Assembly (NCBI GenBank): GCA_963840855.1
Contig: CAWJBB010000040.1
Span: 64,001 to 128,000 of the forward strand
DNA from: an uncultured delta proteobacterium
Lineage (GTDB): Bacteria; Desulfobacterota; Binatia; UBA9968
DNA length: 64,000 bases
Direction of reading: 5' to 3'
Positions within the stretch are counted from its first letter, which is position 1, and each line of letters opens with the position of its first letter. Of the stretch, positions 48,922-59,323 are shown piece after piece. The notes under the pieces are model-generated. The model ran no database searches and had not been told where the DNA came from. It worked only from the letters and a program-made list of their open reading frames with translations. Position numbers and translations under genes: made by a program.

Positions 48922-49893
48922 TCAATAGAGGTGGCACGCTACCAGATGATCGGTGGCGATTTCTTTCTCCTCCGGCTCGATCTCCGCGCACTGTGGCATG
49001 GCGAAGGGACAGCGCGGATGGAAGCGGCAACCCGAGGGCGGGTTGATGGGAGACGGGACTTCTCCCGCCAGGATTATCTCCTCCCGAGTAATATCCGGAT
49101 GCGCCGGAAGGGCGGCCGAGAAGAGCGCCTTGGTGTAGGGGTGCAGCGGATTCCTGAACAGCTCCTTCGTCTTGGCCTTCTCCACGATCTTACCCAGGTA
49201 CATGACCGCCACCTCATGCGCCATGTAGCGGGTCGTCGCCAGGTGGTGGGCGATGAGCAGATAACTCACGTGGTACTGCTTCTGGAGATCCACCAAGAGG
49301 TTCATGATCTGCGCTCGAATAGAAACGTCCAGGGCTGAGACCGGCTCGTCGAGGATGATGAGCTTCGGACTCGACACCAGGGCGCTGGCCACGGCGATGC
49401 GCTGGCGCTGCCCGCCGCTAAACTCGTGTGGGTAGAGGTTGGCCTGCTGGGGACGCAGGCCGACGGCGCTCATAATCTCGGCGACGCGCTCTTTGACCTC
49501 CTGAGAGGACACCTGCCGGTTTACCACCAGCGGCTCGGCCACGATCTCCTGCACTCGCATGCGGGGACTCAGGGAAGACCAGGGATCCTGAAAGACCGCC
49601 TGGACCATCGTCCGGTATTCTTTAAGGACCTCGCCATTCAACGCGTGGACGTCTTTGCCATCGACGAACACCTGGCCGGCGGTTGGCCACTCCAGACGCA
49701 GGATGAGCTTGGCGGTGGTCGTCTTGCCACAGCCGGACTCGCCCACGAGGGCGAGCGTCTCCCCCGGTGGAATCGAGAAGCTGATGCCATCCACGGCCTG
49801 GACCCAGCCGATGACCTTCGTCCAGAGCAGACCCTGGGTGACAGGAAAATGTTTTTTCAGCGCCTCGGCCCGGAGAATGGGAGTGGCTAACAT
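48922..49893 (-). CDS. Oligopeptide/dipeptide ABC transporter ATP-binding protein (OppF-like)
   Basis: [26 protein letters not shown]. Confidence 0.95.
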   Translation of the reverse strand: MLATPILRAEALKKHFPVTQGLLWTKVIGWVQAVDGISFSIPPGETLALVGESGCGKTTTAKLILRLEWPTAGQVFVDGKDVHALNGEVLKEYRTMVQAVFQDPWSSLSPRMRVQEIVAEPLVVNRQVSSQEVKERVAEIMSAVGLRPQQANLYPHEFSGGQRQRIAVASALVSSPKLIILDEPVSALDVSIRAQIMNLLVDLQKQYHVSYLLIAHHLATTRYMAHEVAVMYLGKIVEKAKTKELFRNPLHPYTKALFSAALPAHPDITREEIILAGEVPSPINPPSGCRFHPRCPFAMPQCAEIEPEEKEIATDHLVACHLY

Positions 49894-50876
49894 GCCTGTT
49901 CCAATCTCCAGCAGCCGGCGCTGTGGCCGTCTCCTACGGCGAACGTCGGCGGATAGTCTTGCCGGCAACGATCATCGGCATGGGGGCATCGGGCGGCAAA
50001 CCGGCACCCCGCGGGGAGGTCCCAGAGCGCTGGCGGCTGGCCGGTGATCGAATAAAGCCGCTCGACGTCCTCGTCCATGCTGGGAACGGAGTTCAACAAA
50101 GCTTGCGTATACGGATGGGACGGATGATTGAAAATGTCCCGCACTGAGCCGCTTTCCACGACCCGGCCGGCGTACATCACCATGACCCGGTCGCACATCT
50201 TCGCCACGATGCCAAAGTCGTGGGTGATGAAGATCAGCGCGAGGTTTGTCTGCTCTTGAATCTCGCGGAGCAGACGCAGGTATTGAGCCTGGATGGTCAC
50301 GTCCAGCGAGGTGGTGGGCTCGTCGGCGATGATGACTTTCGGCTCGCAGGAGATGGCGATTGCGCCGACGACACGCTGCTTCATACCGCCACTCATCTGG
50401 TGCGGGTAGTCCTGTACCCGGCGCTCGGGGGCTGCAAGCCGCACCTGCTTCAAGCTGTCGATCGCCCGCTTGACCAGCGATCGATGACCGTCTCTGTGAT
50501 GGATCTGGATGGCTTCGATTAGCTGGTTGCCGACCGTGAACACCGGATTGAGAGAGGTCTGGGGATCCTGGAGAATCATCGAGATGCGTCGCCCCCGTAT
50601 GCTTCGCATCTCCCGTTCGCTCTTGTCGAGTAGATTCTCCCCTTCGAGGCGGATGGCTCCTTTGACGATCCGGGCTGCCGGCCGGGGCACCAACCTCAAC
50701 AACGACAGGGCGGTCATGGTCTTCCCGCAGCCCGACTCGCCCACGATGCCCAGAGCTTCTCCCTGTCGTAAGGAAAAGCTCACCCCGTCCACGGCCTTCA
50801 CCACGCCCCAGCGGGTGAAGCAGTAGGTGTGGAGGTCCTCGACTTCCAGGATGACGTCGCCGGTCTGTCTGGCCAT
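49887..50876 (-). CDS. Oligopeptide/dipeptide ABC transporter ATP-binding protein (OppD-like)
   Basis: [24 protein letters not shown]. Confidence 0.95.
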   Translation of the reverse strand: MARQTGDVILEVEDLHTYCFTRWGVVKAVDGVSFSLRQGEALGIVGESGCGKTMTALSLLRLVPRPAARIVKGAIRLEGENLLDKSEREMRSIRGRRISMILQDPQTSLNPVFTVGNQLIEAIQIHHRDGHRSLVKRAIDSLKQVRLAAPERRVQDYPHQMSGGMKQRVVGAIAISCEPKVIIADEPTTSLDVTIQAQYLRLLREIQEQTNLALIFITHDFGIVAKMCDRVMVMYAGRVVESGSVRDIFNHPSHPYTQALLNSVPSMDEDVERLYSITGQPPALWDLPAGCRFAARCPHADDRCRQDYPPTFAVGDGHSAGCWRLEQAC

Positions 50877-50954
50877 GCACTACCTACCGTCGGATATGGC
50901 GCGGCATCAAGGGGAAGATTGCCCTCCCCTTGATGCCCTGGTGCCTCGCTGGTC

Positions 50955-52568
50955 CTACTTCGCGGGCGGCTTCACGAGATGGAAGTGCGTCGATCTCCCG
51001 GCGGCAAGGCCCGGGTAGACCCACTCCCCTACCACCTTCGGGTTGACAAGGACTTCATTACCGAACCAGAAGAGCGGGATGTCGGCGAATTCCTCGAACA
51101 GATAGTCGGCGATCGCCCGGGCATGGCGCTGCCGTTCCTCGGTCTTTACGCTCTGGGCCCATGCCAGGTAGGTCTTGTCGATAAACTCGTGCTCGTAGTG
51201 GTGGTTCGGTCCCTTGCTGTAGTTAAACGTCCGGATCGACTCCTCTGACGGCCTCCATGAGATGATGTTGGGCCAGATGCAGCAGCCGATCGCCTTCTTG
51301 CGGTACATCTCTCGCACCTTGGCCCAGTCGAGAACCTCGATCTCCGCCTCGATGCCCACGTCCTTGAAGTAGAGCCCCAGGGCCTCGGCGACCTGCGGCC
51401 CTTCTGACTCCCCGGGCTCGGTGAACGCCAGGATCTTCAACTTGAGCTGGCCAGGCCCGTAGCCGGCCTCTTTCAGGAGCGCCTTCGCCTTCGCGGGATT
51501 GTAGCCATACATCTCGTCGAACCGCTTCTGCCACTCCGGGTTCCATCCCTCTGACTGGGGCAGCCAGCCAGTAACGTACGTGTAGGTCCCCTTGCCGGCG
51601 AACACCGTGTTGAGGAGTTCCTTGCGGTTGACGGCCATGTTCATGGCCTGCCTGACTTTCTTGTTGGTCCAGGGCACCTCGGCCTTGAACGCCGGATCCC
51701 CGGGCATGAAGTACATACCTCCCAGGTATATCGATATCCAGTCCACGGGAAACGACGACGAGTAGATCTTCATACCCCGCTTGAGCGCGTCCTTCTGCAG
51801 CTCGCGGGGCAGGTCGGCGATGTGGGCCTCGCCCGACAGCAGCATCGCCAGCCGTGTCGATTCCTCACGGACCAGTCTAAACTCCAGCTGCCTGAATGCC
51901 GGCTTTTCGCCGCGCCAGTGGTTGTCGATCCGCTCGAAGCTAACGGACAACCCCGGTTGCCGCCCGGCATAGCGGTAGGAGCCGGTTCCCGCCGGCCGCT
52001 TGTCAAACCCGTCGATTCCTTCCTTGTCCCACTGGGCCTTGCTGACGATCCTGAGATCCCCAGCGCGCGAGGCGCCGTAATCCATGACCGTCGTCGGGTT
52101 CTTGAAGCGGAACACGACCTGGTGGTCGTTGACGGCCTTCACCTCCTCGACCTGGCGCCAGAACCCGGCCAGGGTCGCAGTCGCCTCCTGACGCATCATC
52201 ATGGAGTGGGAATGGACGACGTCCTTGGCAGTTAACTGGCCAAATCCAAAATGGAAGGGGATGCCCTTGCGCAGGACAAACGTCCACTCTTTGTAGTCGG
52301 CGCTAGGGTACCACTTCTCGGCCAGGCGAGGGGTATACTTGCCACTCTTGGGGTCCACCTCGAGCAGGGTTTCCAGGAACGGGTCGTACTGGAGATGGTC
52401 GGGGCGGGAGACCATCCAGAAACGGTTGGTCTCAGAGAACCCAGCGGAGGCAAACACCAGTCGGTCGGTCTTGATCGCTTGGGCCAATCCTGGTGTTGGC
52501 GTGGTAACCAGGGTCAATGCCAGCGCCACCAGCAGTCCCGGCACAAGTGAAACAAATCTTGGTTTCAT
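50955..52568 (-). CDS. ABC transporter substrate-binding protein, family 5
   Basis: Signal peptide; PRLAEKW, LRKGIPFH, GTGSY, VRQAMNMAVNR. Confidence 0.9.
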   Translation of the reverse strand: MKPRFVSLVPGLLVALALTLVTTPTPGLAQAIKTDRLVFASAGFSETNRFWMVSRPDHLQYDPFLETLLEVDPKSGKYTPRLAEKWYPSADYKEWTFVLRKGIPFHFGFGQLTAKDVVHSHSMMMRQEATATLAGFWRQVEEVKAVNDHQVVFRFKNPTTVMDYGASRAGDLRIVSKAQWDKEGIDGFDKRPAGTGSYRYAGRQPGLSVSFERIDNHWRGEKPAFRQLEFRLVREESTRLAMLLSGEAHIADLPRELQKDALKRGMKIYSSSFPVDWISIYLGGMYFMPGDPAFKAEVPWTNKKVRQAMNMAVNRKELLNTVFAGKGTYTYVTGWLPQSEGWNPEWQKRFDEMYGYNPAKAKALLKEAGYGPGQLKLKILAFTEPGESEGPQVAEALGLYFKDVGIEAEIEVLDWAKVREMYRKKAIGCCIWPNIISWRPSEESIRTFNYSKGPNHHYEHEFIDKTYLAWAQSVKTEERQRHARAIADYLFEEFADIPLFWFGNEVLVNPKVVGEWVYPGLAAGRSTHFHLVKPPAK

Positions 52569-52584
52569 CGCGCACCTCCTTTTA

Positions 52585-53481
52585 TTACACATTCCTGAGT
52601 TTGGGATCCAGGTGATCTCGGAGCCAATCACCCAACAGGTTGAGGGACAGCACGGTCAGCATAATGGCCAGTCCCGGGAACATCGACACCCACCACGCGG
52701 TGACGATCAACTCGCGCCCATCCGCGATCATGAGACCCCACGCCGGTGTGGGACGAGGAAGCCCGGCCCCGAGAAAACTCAGTGTGGACTCGAGCAGAAT
52801 TACGTATCCCACCTGGAGGGTGGCTAGGACCACCAGGGAGTTGACGACGTTGGGAAAGATATAGCGGACCATGATGCGGATATGGGAAGCCCCGGCTACC
52901 CGCGCCCTGGCGATGAAGTCCCGCTCCTTGATGCTGAGAGTCTCTCCGCGGACCAGCCGGGCATAGCGCGCCCAGAGAAATATCATCAGGATGGTGATCA
53001 CCGTGCCGAAGCTCGGGCCCACCGCGGCGACCAGGACCAGAGCCAGCAAGATCGTCGGCAAAGACAGTGAGATGTCCACCAGGCGCATGAGCAGCGCGTC
53101 CACCCAACCTCCGAAGTAGCCGGAGATCATCCCCAGAACGGTGCCGATGATGCCACCGACGAAGATCGCGACCAGGGACACCATGAGGGAGACCCTGGCG
53201 CCGTGGATGATCCGGCTTAGCATGTCGCGTCCGAGCTTATCGGTGCCCAGGGGATACTCGATGGTGCCGCCCTCCTGCCAGGCGGGCGGCTTCAACCGCT
53301 TGGACAGGGACCCTTTCAAGGGGTCGTAAGGCGCGACCTGCGACGCGAACAATGCGGGGATCACCAGGAGGAACGTGAGGAGCGCGAGCGGTACCAGAGG
53401 ATACCGTCCGACCTGACCCATTGCCTGCGCAACTCTGGGCGGCGCATACCAGGGGAGGGTGCTTACTGTTTCTGTCGCCAT
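52585..53481 (-). CDS. ABC transporter permease (OppC/DppC-like)
   Basis: [21 protein letters not shown]. Confidence 0.95.
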   Translation of the reverse strand: MATETVSTLPWYAPPRVAQAMGQVGRYPLVPLALLTFLLVIPALFASQVAPYDPLKGSLSKRLKPPAWQEGGTIEYPLGTDKLGRDMLSRIIHGARVSLMVSLVAIFVGGIIGTVLGMISGYFGGWVDALLMRLVDISLSLPTILLALVLVAAVGPSFGTVITILMIFLWARYARLVRGETLSIKERDFIARARVAGASHIRIMVRYIFPNVVNSLVVLATLQVGYVILLESTLSFLGAGLPRPTPAWGLMIADGRELIVTAWWVSMFPGLAIMLTVLSLNLLGDWLRDHLDPKLRNV

Positions 53482-53502
53482 GATCGGACTCCTTTACTGT
53501 CG

Positions 53503-54423
53503 CTATTGATAGCGAATGCGCGGGTCGAGATAGGCATAGAGAATATCGACCACCAGGTTAGTAAGAATGAAGATCCCGGCAAACACGATCACGACGGCCT
53601 GGACCACCTGGAAGTCCCTGGCCCTAACGGCATCCACCACGAGCTGCCCGGTGCCCGGCCAGGAAAAGACGCTCTCGGTCACCACCGCGCCAGTCATCAG
53701 GCCTCCGGCGATGATCGCGAAGACGGTCAGGGGAGTGATCGACGCATTGCGCAAACAGTGCTTCCAGACCACCTTCCACTCCGCGAGGCCTTTGATGCGG
53801 GTGAGCTTCACGAATTCGCTGTCCAGCACATCCAGCATGGACGAGCGGAGCAGCCGCATGACAACGGCCACCTGGAACCAGCCGAGAGTGATGGCGGGGA
53901 GGATCATATGCTGGATTCCCCCTCGCCCGGAGGTCGGGAACCACCCCAGGTGCACGGCGAAGATCCACATCAGCACGATCCCCAACCAGAAGGCGGGCAA
54001 TGACTGGCCAAGCAGGGCGATGATCTTGGCCGCGGTATCCCAGCCGGTGCCTTTCATGACCGCGGCCAGCACACCGATGGGCAGCGCGATCACGAGGCTG
54101 ATAGCGAGAGCGAAGCCGGCGAGTTGGAGGGTCGCCGGCAAGCGTTGCGCCACTAGACCCATGGCCGACTCGCCGTGCCACTTCCAGGAAGCCCCGAAGT
54201 CGCCGCGGACGGCTTTGCTGAGGAATATGAAGTATTGGGTGTGGAGCGGTTGGTCCAGTCCCCAGTGTTTGGAGACCCGCTCGTATTCCTCCGGCCCCGC
54301 CTCCATCGGCAACATCACGTCCAGGGGGTTGCCGCTGATGCGCGCCAGGGTGAACACGATAAGGGTCATCACCCAGATGGCCAACAGACTCTGGAGGGCT
54401 CTTCTCGCGATGTACCGCTGCAT
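53503..54423 (-). CDS. ABC transporter permease (OppB/DppB-like)
   Basis: GLDQP, ESVFSWPG, LDPRIR. Confidence 0.95.
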   Translation of the reverse strand: MQRYIARRALQSLLAIWVMTLIVFTLARISGNPLDVMLPMEAGPEEYERVSKHWGLDQPLHTQYFIFLSKAVRGDFGASWKWHGESAMGLVAQRLPATLQLAGFALAISLVIALPIGVLAAVMKGTGWDTAAKIIALLGQSLPAFWLGIVLMWIFAVHLGWFPTSGRGGIQHMILPAITLGWFQVAVVMRLLRSSMLDVLDSEFVKLTRIKGLAEWKVVWKHCLRNASITPLTVFAIIAGGLMTGAVVTESVFSWPGTGQLVVDAVRARDFQVVQAVVIVFAGIFILTNLVVDILYAYLDPRIRYQ

Positions 54424-54670
54424 GAATTCCTCCTGCACCGGCAGGCGTTGCCCGCCAACCTTGCTACGCGGGCATCGAGCGCTAGGAGTTCCGGGCCTTC
54501 GAAACCCGGATTGTGCAACGCCTCTCGGAGAAGGCGTGCATTAACTGGAGAGAGAATCCCAGGTCGACGCGGGTGACAGGACCGCGCGCTGCGCCTTAAG
54601 AGAGCTTACCTTCGATCCATCCTACAACCAGTGGATCTAAACCCCCTTACTCCAATCGGGAGTAGATGTC

Positions 54671-54918
54671 TAGCCCCGGATTATTCATAAGATTACGTCC
54701 GAGGAGCAAACCTCTCTGGTCGCGGCCAATGGGTCTGTACCTTGAGGAGGTCGGCTAACTTAATTAGTTCCGCAACCATCGAGGAGAAACGCAAACTACT
54801 GCCAAGCACCCCACGAGTCGGCGAAACTTTGCACTCCTGTGTCCGCTCTCTACGAGGCTTGCTCCTCGGCCTACACTCCGTCGCAGGTTTTCCTCGGGGC
54901 ATGAATAATCCGGGGCTA
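54671..54918. mobile_element. 248-bp MITE with perfect 18-bp TIRs including terminal TA
   Basis: TAGCCCCGGATTATTCAT ... ATGAATAATCCGGGGCTA. Confidence 0.85.
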
Positions 54919-55034
54919 CCCTATGTTCGAGTCGGTCTCAATAGATTTGGAGCCGTTTTCAATCTCGATCTTTGAAAGTTCTTTCCTTGGCCATCTTGAC
55001 TTCCATCACAGGCGGCTCCGACTCACTCCGGAAT

Positions 55035-55173
55035 GAAGCTCCTCGGAGCAAAGCTCCGAGGTATCTTGCGAAATTCTCCGAAGCCCTTCCACCCTCCTTC
55101 GCCAAGGCTACGGAGGGTTCTCCTCACCTTCATCCTCGCAGCAAGCTGCGAGGTATTCGGCGAAGGAGAATAA
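55035..55173. mobile_element. ~140-bp multi-hairpin element, copy 5
   Basis: Near-identical repeat. Confidence 0.85.
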
Positions 55174-55394
55174 CTACTTTGTCTGTTGATGATCAGCGCG
55201 GCACAATCAGATCCGCGACTGACACTTTTAGTGCGGTCGCGATTCTTTTTATAGTCTCAACGGTGGCGCCGTCAAGGGAGAATTGACGCTTTCTCGCAGG
55301 CTGGATATTTTCTCTGCCTCGGAGTATGGAGGAGCTAATTAATTGGGAGCAGGAAGGCTAAAAAGTATCGCAGCATCAAGTTAAGGAGTGCACC

Positions 55395-56259
55395 GTGCAA
55401 AAGTTCAGCGAGCTCATGCGAGGGAAAGAACTCATCGTCGCTCCGGTGGCGCTCAATCCGATCATGGCTCGGCTCGCCGAGGAGGCGGGATTCAAAGCAG
55501 TCTATCTCAGCGGCGGGTCCCTCGGCTGGCTGAAATGCGTCACCGAGGCCAATCTGACGCTTCCGGAGCTCGCCGCCGTGGCGCTCGACATGCGCGCCGT
55601 GTGCCCATTGCCGATCGTCCTGGATGCGGGCGGCGGCTGGGGCGATCCCGTGCACGTGCACCGCACCATCGCCCTCGCCGAAGCGGCGGGCTTCGCCGCC
55701 ATCGAAATCGAAGACCAGCTGCTGCCGCGCCGCGTCGAGCATCACGTCGGCGTCGACCATCTGATTCCGACCGAACTGATGCTGAAGAAAATCGCCGAGG
55801 CGGTCGCGGCCCGCACCGATCCCGATTTCGTCATCATCGCCCGGACGAACGCAAGGCGGGTTTACGATCTCGACGAGGCGTTGCGCCGGGCGGAAGCCTT
55901 TCGCAAAGCGGGCGCCGACATGCTGTTCGTCCACACGCGCGATGCCGAGGAAATGCGCGTCGTCGGCGAGCGCCTGCCGCCGCCGCTGATGACCTTCGCG
56001 CCGCCGGACGGATTCTCCGGATTCCCCTACTCGCCGCGCGATCTCGCCGGTCTCGGCTATCGCCTCGCCGCATCATCCGGCACCGCTTTCGCGGCGATGG
56101 TCAAAGCCGTGCGCCAGTCCTATGAGTGTCTGGCGCTGGGGAAAATGGATCCCTTTCCTGGGTCCAGGCGGCGCCGACAAGGAAATGAAGGCCGCGCAGA
56201 CGACCTGCGGTCTCGAGCATCTGTTGCAAATCGAACGGCGCACCATGAAGGATCATTGA
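55395..56259 (+). CDS. Isocitrate lyase/PEP mutase family protein (frameshift near 56157; likely true stop 56259)
   Basis: GFKAVYLSG, DAGGGWG, IEDQ, IIART, AGAD; alternative frame ends GPGGADKEM...IERRTMKDH*. Confidence 0.85.
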
Positions 56260-56320
56260 GTTGGAATATTCACCACAGCGACCCAGCGCGGCAGAGCCGC
56301 AACCAAAGAAAAATGGATAT

Positions 56321-56417
56321 CACCACGAAGGAGCACACGAAGAGCACGAAGGAAGAAGTTTTTTTCAACATTCAATGCCTTCTCCGGTCTTCGTGTCCTT
56401 CGTGACCTTCGTGGTGC
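56321..56417. repeat. Inverted arms of ~9-bp periodic repeats (CACGAAG / CTTCGTG)
   Basis: CACCACGAAGGAGCACACGAAGAGCACGAAG ... CTTCGTGTCCTTCGTGACCTTCGTGGTG. Confidence 0.85.
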
Positions 56418-56511
56418 GAGTATCTTTGGCAAGTGCTGCATACACGATGAATAGTGTCGAGACAGTTTGCGCGAGCAGCGAAAACTTTCAAGCATAAAGG
56501 ATGGGCGTGCA

Positions 56512-57663
56512 GTGAAGCAGGGCTTTAAGGTCATGGACAGTGACATTCATGTGCGGGAGCCGCATGATCTGTGGGCCAGGTATATCGAGCCACAGTTCAA
56601 AGAGCGCGCCCCGCAGTTTACCAATATCCCGGATGGCTCGAGCCCGGGCGTGTGGCGTTTTGAGGGCAAGGTGTTTCCTGCCTACATCGATCGCCCGGAA
56701 CGCCAGCGCCTGGCCAAAGTCCGACGGCAGAAGTCGCACGACCGCCACGAGGAGCTTGGACGCGAGGTTGGCTCTGAAGAAGAGCGCCGCGGTGAAGACC
56801 CGGAGGCGATGCTGCACGCGATGGACGTGGAAGGCATCGACGTCTCCATCGTGTTTCGCACACGCGCCGCCCATGTAGTTGCCGTAGATGGCTTGGACCC
56901 AGAACTTACCGCCGCGGTCTGCCGTGCCTTTAACAACTGGCTCGCCGACTTCTGCAACACCAACCGAGCGCGCCTAAAACCCGCCGCTCTCTTACCGGTG
57001 CATGACGTAAAGCTTGCAGCGGCAGAGGCGCGGCGCAGCGTCAAGGAATCAGGAGCTGTGGCGCTGGTATTGCCCAACCAACAGGTCAACGGGCGGCCGT
57101 GGTACGACCGCTATTACGATCCCCTGTGGGCCGAAGCGGAAAGACTGCACGTACCCGTTGCCTTTCACGGCATCCAGATGGCCTACCAGGAGCATTTGGG
57201 AAGGCGTTACCTCGACAACTTCGCTATGGCGCACGCCGTGGGCCATCCAGTGGAGATGATGCTGGCGTTGGGGAGTATGTTGACAGGCGGAGTTTTCGAA
57301 CGTTTTCCGGGATTGACCGCCGCCTTTCTGGAGGGGAGCTGTAGCTGGGTGCCGTGGTGGCTATGGTGTTTAGACGAGCGCGTCGAGAAGTTCGGCGACG
57401 ACGAACGATTCCCGTTAAAGATGCCGCCCAGCGAATATTTTCGACGCCACTGCTATGTCTCGGTCGATCCGGATGAGGCGGTCGTGCGGTACACCATTGA
57501 CGCCATGGGTGATGAGAACATCGTCATTTCCACCGATTGGCCGCATGACGACTCCGCCTATCCGCGCGCCATCGAGACATTTTTGCAACTTGACGGGGTT
57601 AGCGAGGCGAGCAAGCGTAAGATTCTGTGGGACAACTGCGCGCGCCTCTATAACATCCAATAA
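56512..57663 (+). CDS. Amidohydrolase 2 family protein
   Basis: MDSDIHVREP, FNNWLADF, STDWPH. Confidence 0.9.
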   Translation: MKQGFKVMDSDIHVREPHDLWARYIEPQFKERAPQFTNIPDGSSPGVWRFEGKVFPAYIDRPERQRLAKVRRQKSHDRHEELGREVGSEEERRGEDPEAMLHAMDVEGIDVSIVFRTRAAHVVAVDGLDPELTAAVCRAFNNWLADFCNTNRARLKPAALLPVHDVKLAAAEARRSVKESGAVALVLPNQQVNGRPWYDRYYDPLWAEAERLHVPVAFHGIQMAYQEHLGRRYLDNFAMAHAVGHPVEMMLALGSMLTGGVFERFPGLTAAFLEGSCSWVPWWLWCLDERVEKFGDDERFPLKMPPSEYFRRHCYVSVDPDEAVVRYTIDAMGDENIVISTDWPHDDSAYPRAIETFLQLDGVSEASKRKILWDNCARLYNIQ

Positions 57664-57728
57664 ACCTTAGCCGAACGTATTTGAATTTTTCGGTTGAGTT
57701 TGGCCTGGCACAATAGGAAAAGAAATGA

Positions 57729-57828
57729 CTCGCGCAAAGACGCAAAGGCGCCAAGTTTGGAGAAAAAAATATTCTTAACTTTGCGGCTTGGCGTCCCTTC
57801 GACGTGGCTCAGGACATGCTTGGCGCGA
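57729..57828. repeat. Inverted periodic arms (CGCAAAG type) with a REP-like insert
   Basis: Right arm interrupted by CCTTCGACGTGGCTCAGGACATG, as at 48782. Confidence 0.75.
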
Positions 57829-57868
57829 TAAATTTTCTGGCAGTCGTTTCTTTGACACTTTTCGAGCC

Positions 57869-57949
57869 AACCGCCTTCGCCAAGGCTGGAGGGTTCTCCT
57901 CACCTTCATCCTCGCCCCAAGCTGCGAGGTATTCGGCGCAGGAGAATAA
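57869..57949. mobile_element. Degenerate partial copy 6 of the ~140-bp element
   Basis: CCTTCGCCAAGGCT..GAGGGTTCTCCTCACCTTCATCCTCGC...GGAGAATAA. Confidence 0.8.
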
Positions 57950-58006
57950 ATTTTCTTGCAGTCGTTTGTTTAACACTTCGTAGACTACGGCATTGGGAGG
58001 ACTGAT

Positions 58007-59149
58007 ATGCGCTACACCCGAATCTCTGCCGACTGCCACGTCGATCTCTGCTGGCTGCCGCCCGATCTTTTCACTTCGAACGCCTCGGCGGCGATGAAGG
58101 ACCGCATGCCCTACGTCACGGACGGCCCCAAGGGGCCGGTGTGGGTGACGAAGAAGGGCGCGAACCTCGGGCTCGTGAACGGCATGGGGTCGGCGGGGCG
58201 CGAATACGTCCCTGGCAAAATCCAACGCTCCGACCGCATGGCTGCCACCGGTCTCTACGAGGACGGCAAGCGCGGCATCCGGAGGCTCACCGACCCGGAG
58301 TTGCGCTTGAAAGATCAGGAGCGCGACGGCGTGCAGGCGGAGGTGCTCTACGGGATCCTCGGCGCCACCCGGCGACTGAATGACGCCGAGGCCGCCGTCG
58401 AACTGGTGCGGATCTACAATGAATGGCTGGCCGACTTCTGCGACGCCCACCCCGACCGCTACGCGGGGCTCGCCTGCATCCCTAACTCCCCCGTTGAGGC
58501 TGCTGTAAAAGAGATGAGGCGCGTGATCAAGCGCGGCGGCGTGCGCGGTCTCGAGATCGCCAACTCGTATGACATGGTGCCGCTCTGGGATCCCCAATGG
58601 AATCCGGTCTGGGAGGTCGCCAACGAGGCCGCCTTGCCGGTACACTTCCATACCATAGGGGAGCGGCGGCCGGACCTCGAGAAGCTGCCGCCCCAACTCG
58701 CGCGCGTGGAGCACGCAGTCCACATCTCCGGCTTCCAGATATACATGGCCACGACGTTGTTATCGGTCATCTTCAGCGGCGTGCTCGAGCGTTACCCCAA
58801 CGTCAAGATCGTCATCGGCGAGAGCGGGATCGGCTGGATTCCCTACGTGCTGGACCGCATGGACGCGGAGTGGGAGGATCAATTCAAGGACTTGAGCCTC
58901 ACCATGCGGCCGAGCGAATACTGGCGTCGACAGTGCCGGGCCACCTACCAGACTGATCGCATCGGCATCAAGCTCCTCGACGACCTGGGGCACGATACCA
59001 TCATGTGGGGCTCGGACTTCCCTCACCCGGACGGGATATGGCCCGACTCGAGCGAGTTCATCGAGCGCGAGCTGGGCCACCTGCCCGCGGAGGTGCGCCA
59101 CAAAGTCGTCTGTGAGAATGCCGGCAAGCTGTACGGGTTCATTGGGTAG
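58007..59149 (+). CDS. Amidohydrolase 2 family protein
   Basis: ISADCHVD, YNEWLADF, WGSDFPHPD. Confidence 0.9.
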   Translation: MRYTRISADCHVDLCWLPPDLFTSNASAAMKDRMPYVTDGPKGPVWVTKKGANLGLVNGMGSAGREYVPGKIQRSDRMAATGLYEDGKRGIRRLTDPELRLKDQERDGVQAEVLYGILGATRRLNDAEAAVELVRIYNEWLADFCDAHPDRYAGLACIPNSPVEAAVKEMRRVIKRGGVRGLEIANSYDMVPLWDPQWNPVWEVANEAALPVHFHTIGERRPDLEKLPPQLARVEHAVHISGFQIYMATTLLSVIFSGVLERYPNVKIVIGESGIGWIPYVLDRMDAEWEDQFKDLSLTMRPSEYWRRQCRATYQTDRIGIKLLDDLGHDTIMWGSDFPHPDGIWPDSSEFIERELGHLPAEVRHKVVCENAGKLYGFIG

Positions 59150-59166
59150 GAACGAACTCTGCGTCG

Positions 59167-59253
59167 GTTCAAAGTTCAACGTTCAAAGTTCAGGGATAGC
59201 GGTCATGAGGTTCAAATTAAGGACCGAAACACGTTGAACATTGAACCTTGAAC
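59167..59253. repeat. Inverted arms of 7-bp periodic repeats (GTTCAA / TTGAAC)
   Basis: GTTCAAAGTTCAACGTTCAAAGTTCA ... TTGAACATTGAACCTTGAAC, between convergent genes. Confidence 0.8.
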
Positions 59254-59323
59254 TACGACGTACAGGCTCATCACCTTCGACTCGGAAGGGTCACCGATCA
59301 TCGGGGCCTCCCTGGCTGGACGG

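Noticed and set aside
44196-54576. Long antisense and alternate-frame ORFs over GC-rich genes
   Set aside because: Shadow ORFs of well-supported genes with no family motifs
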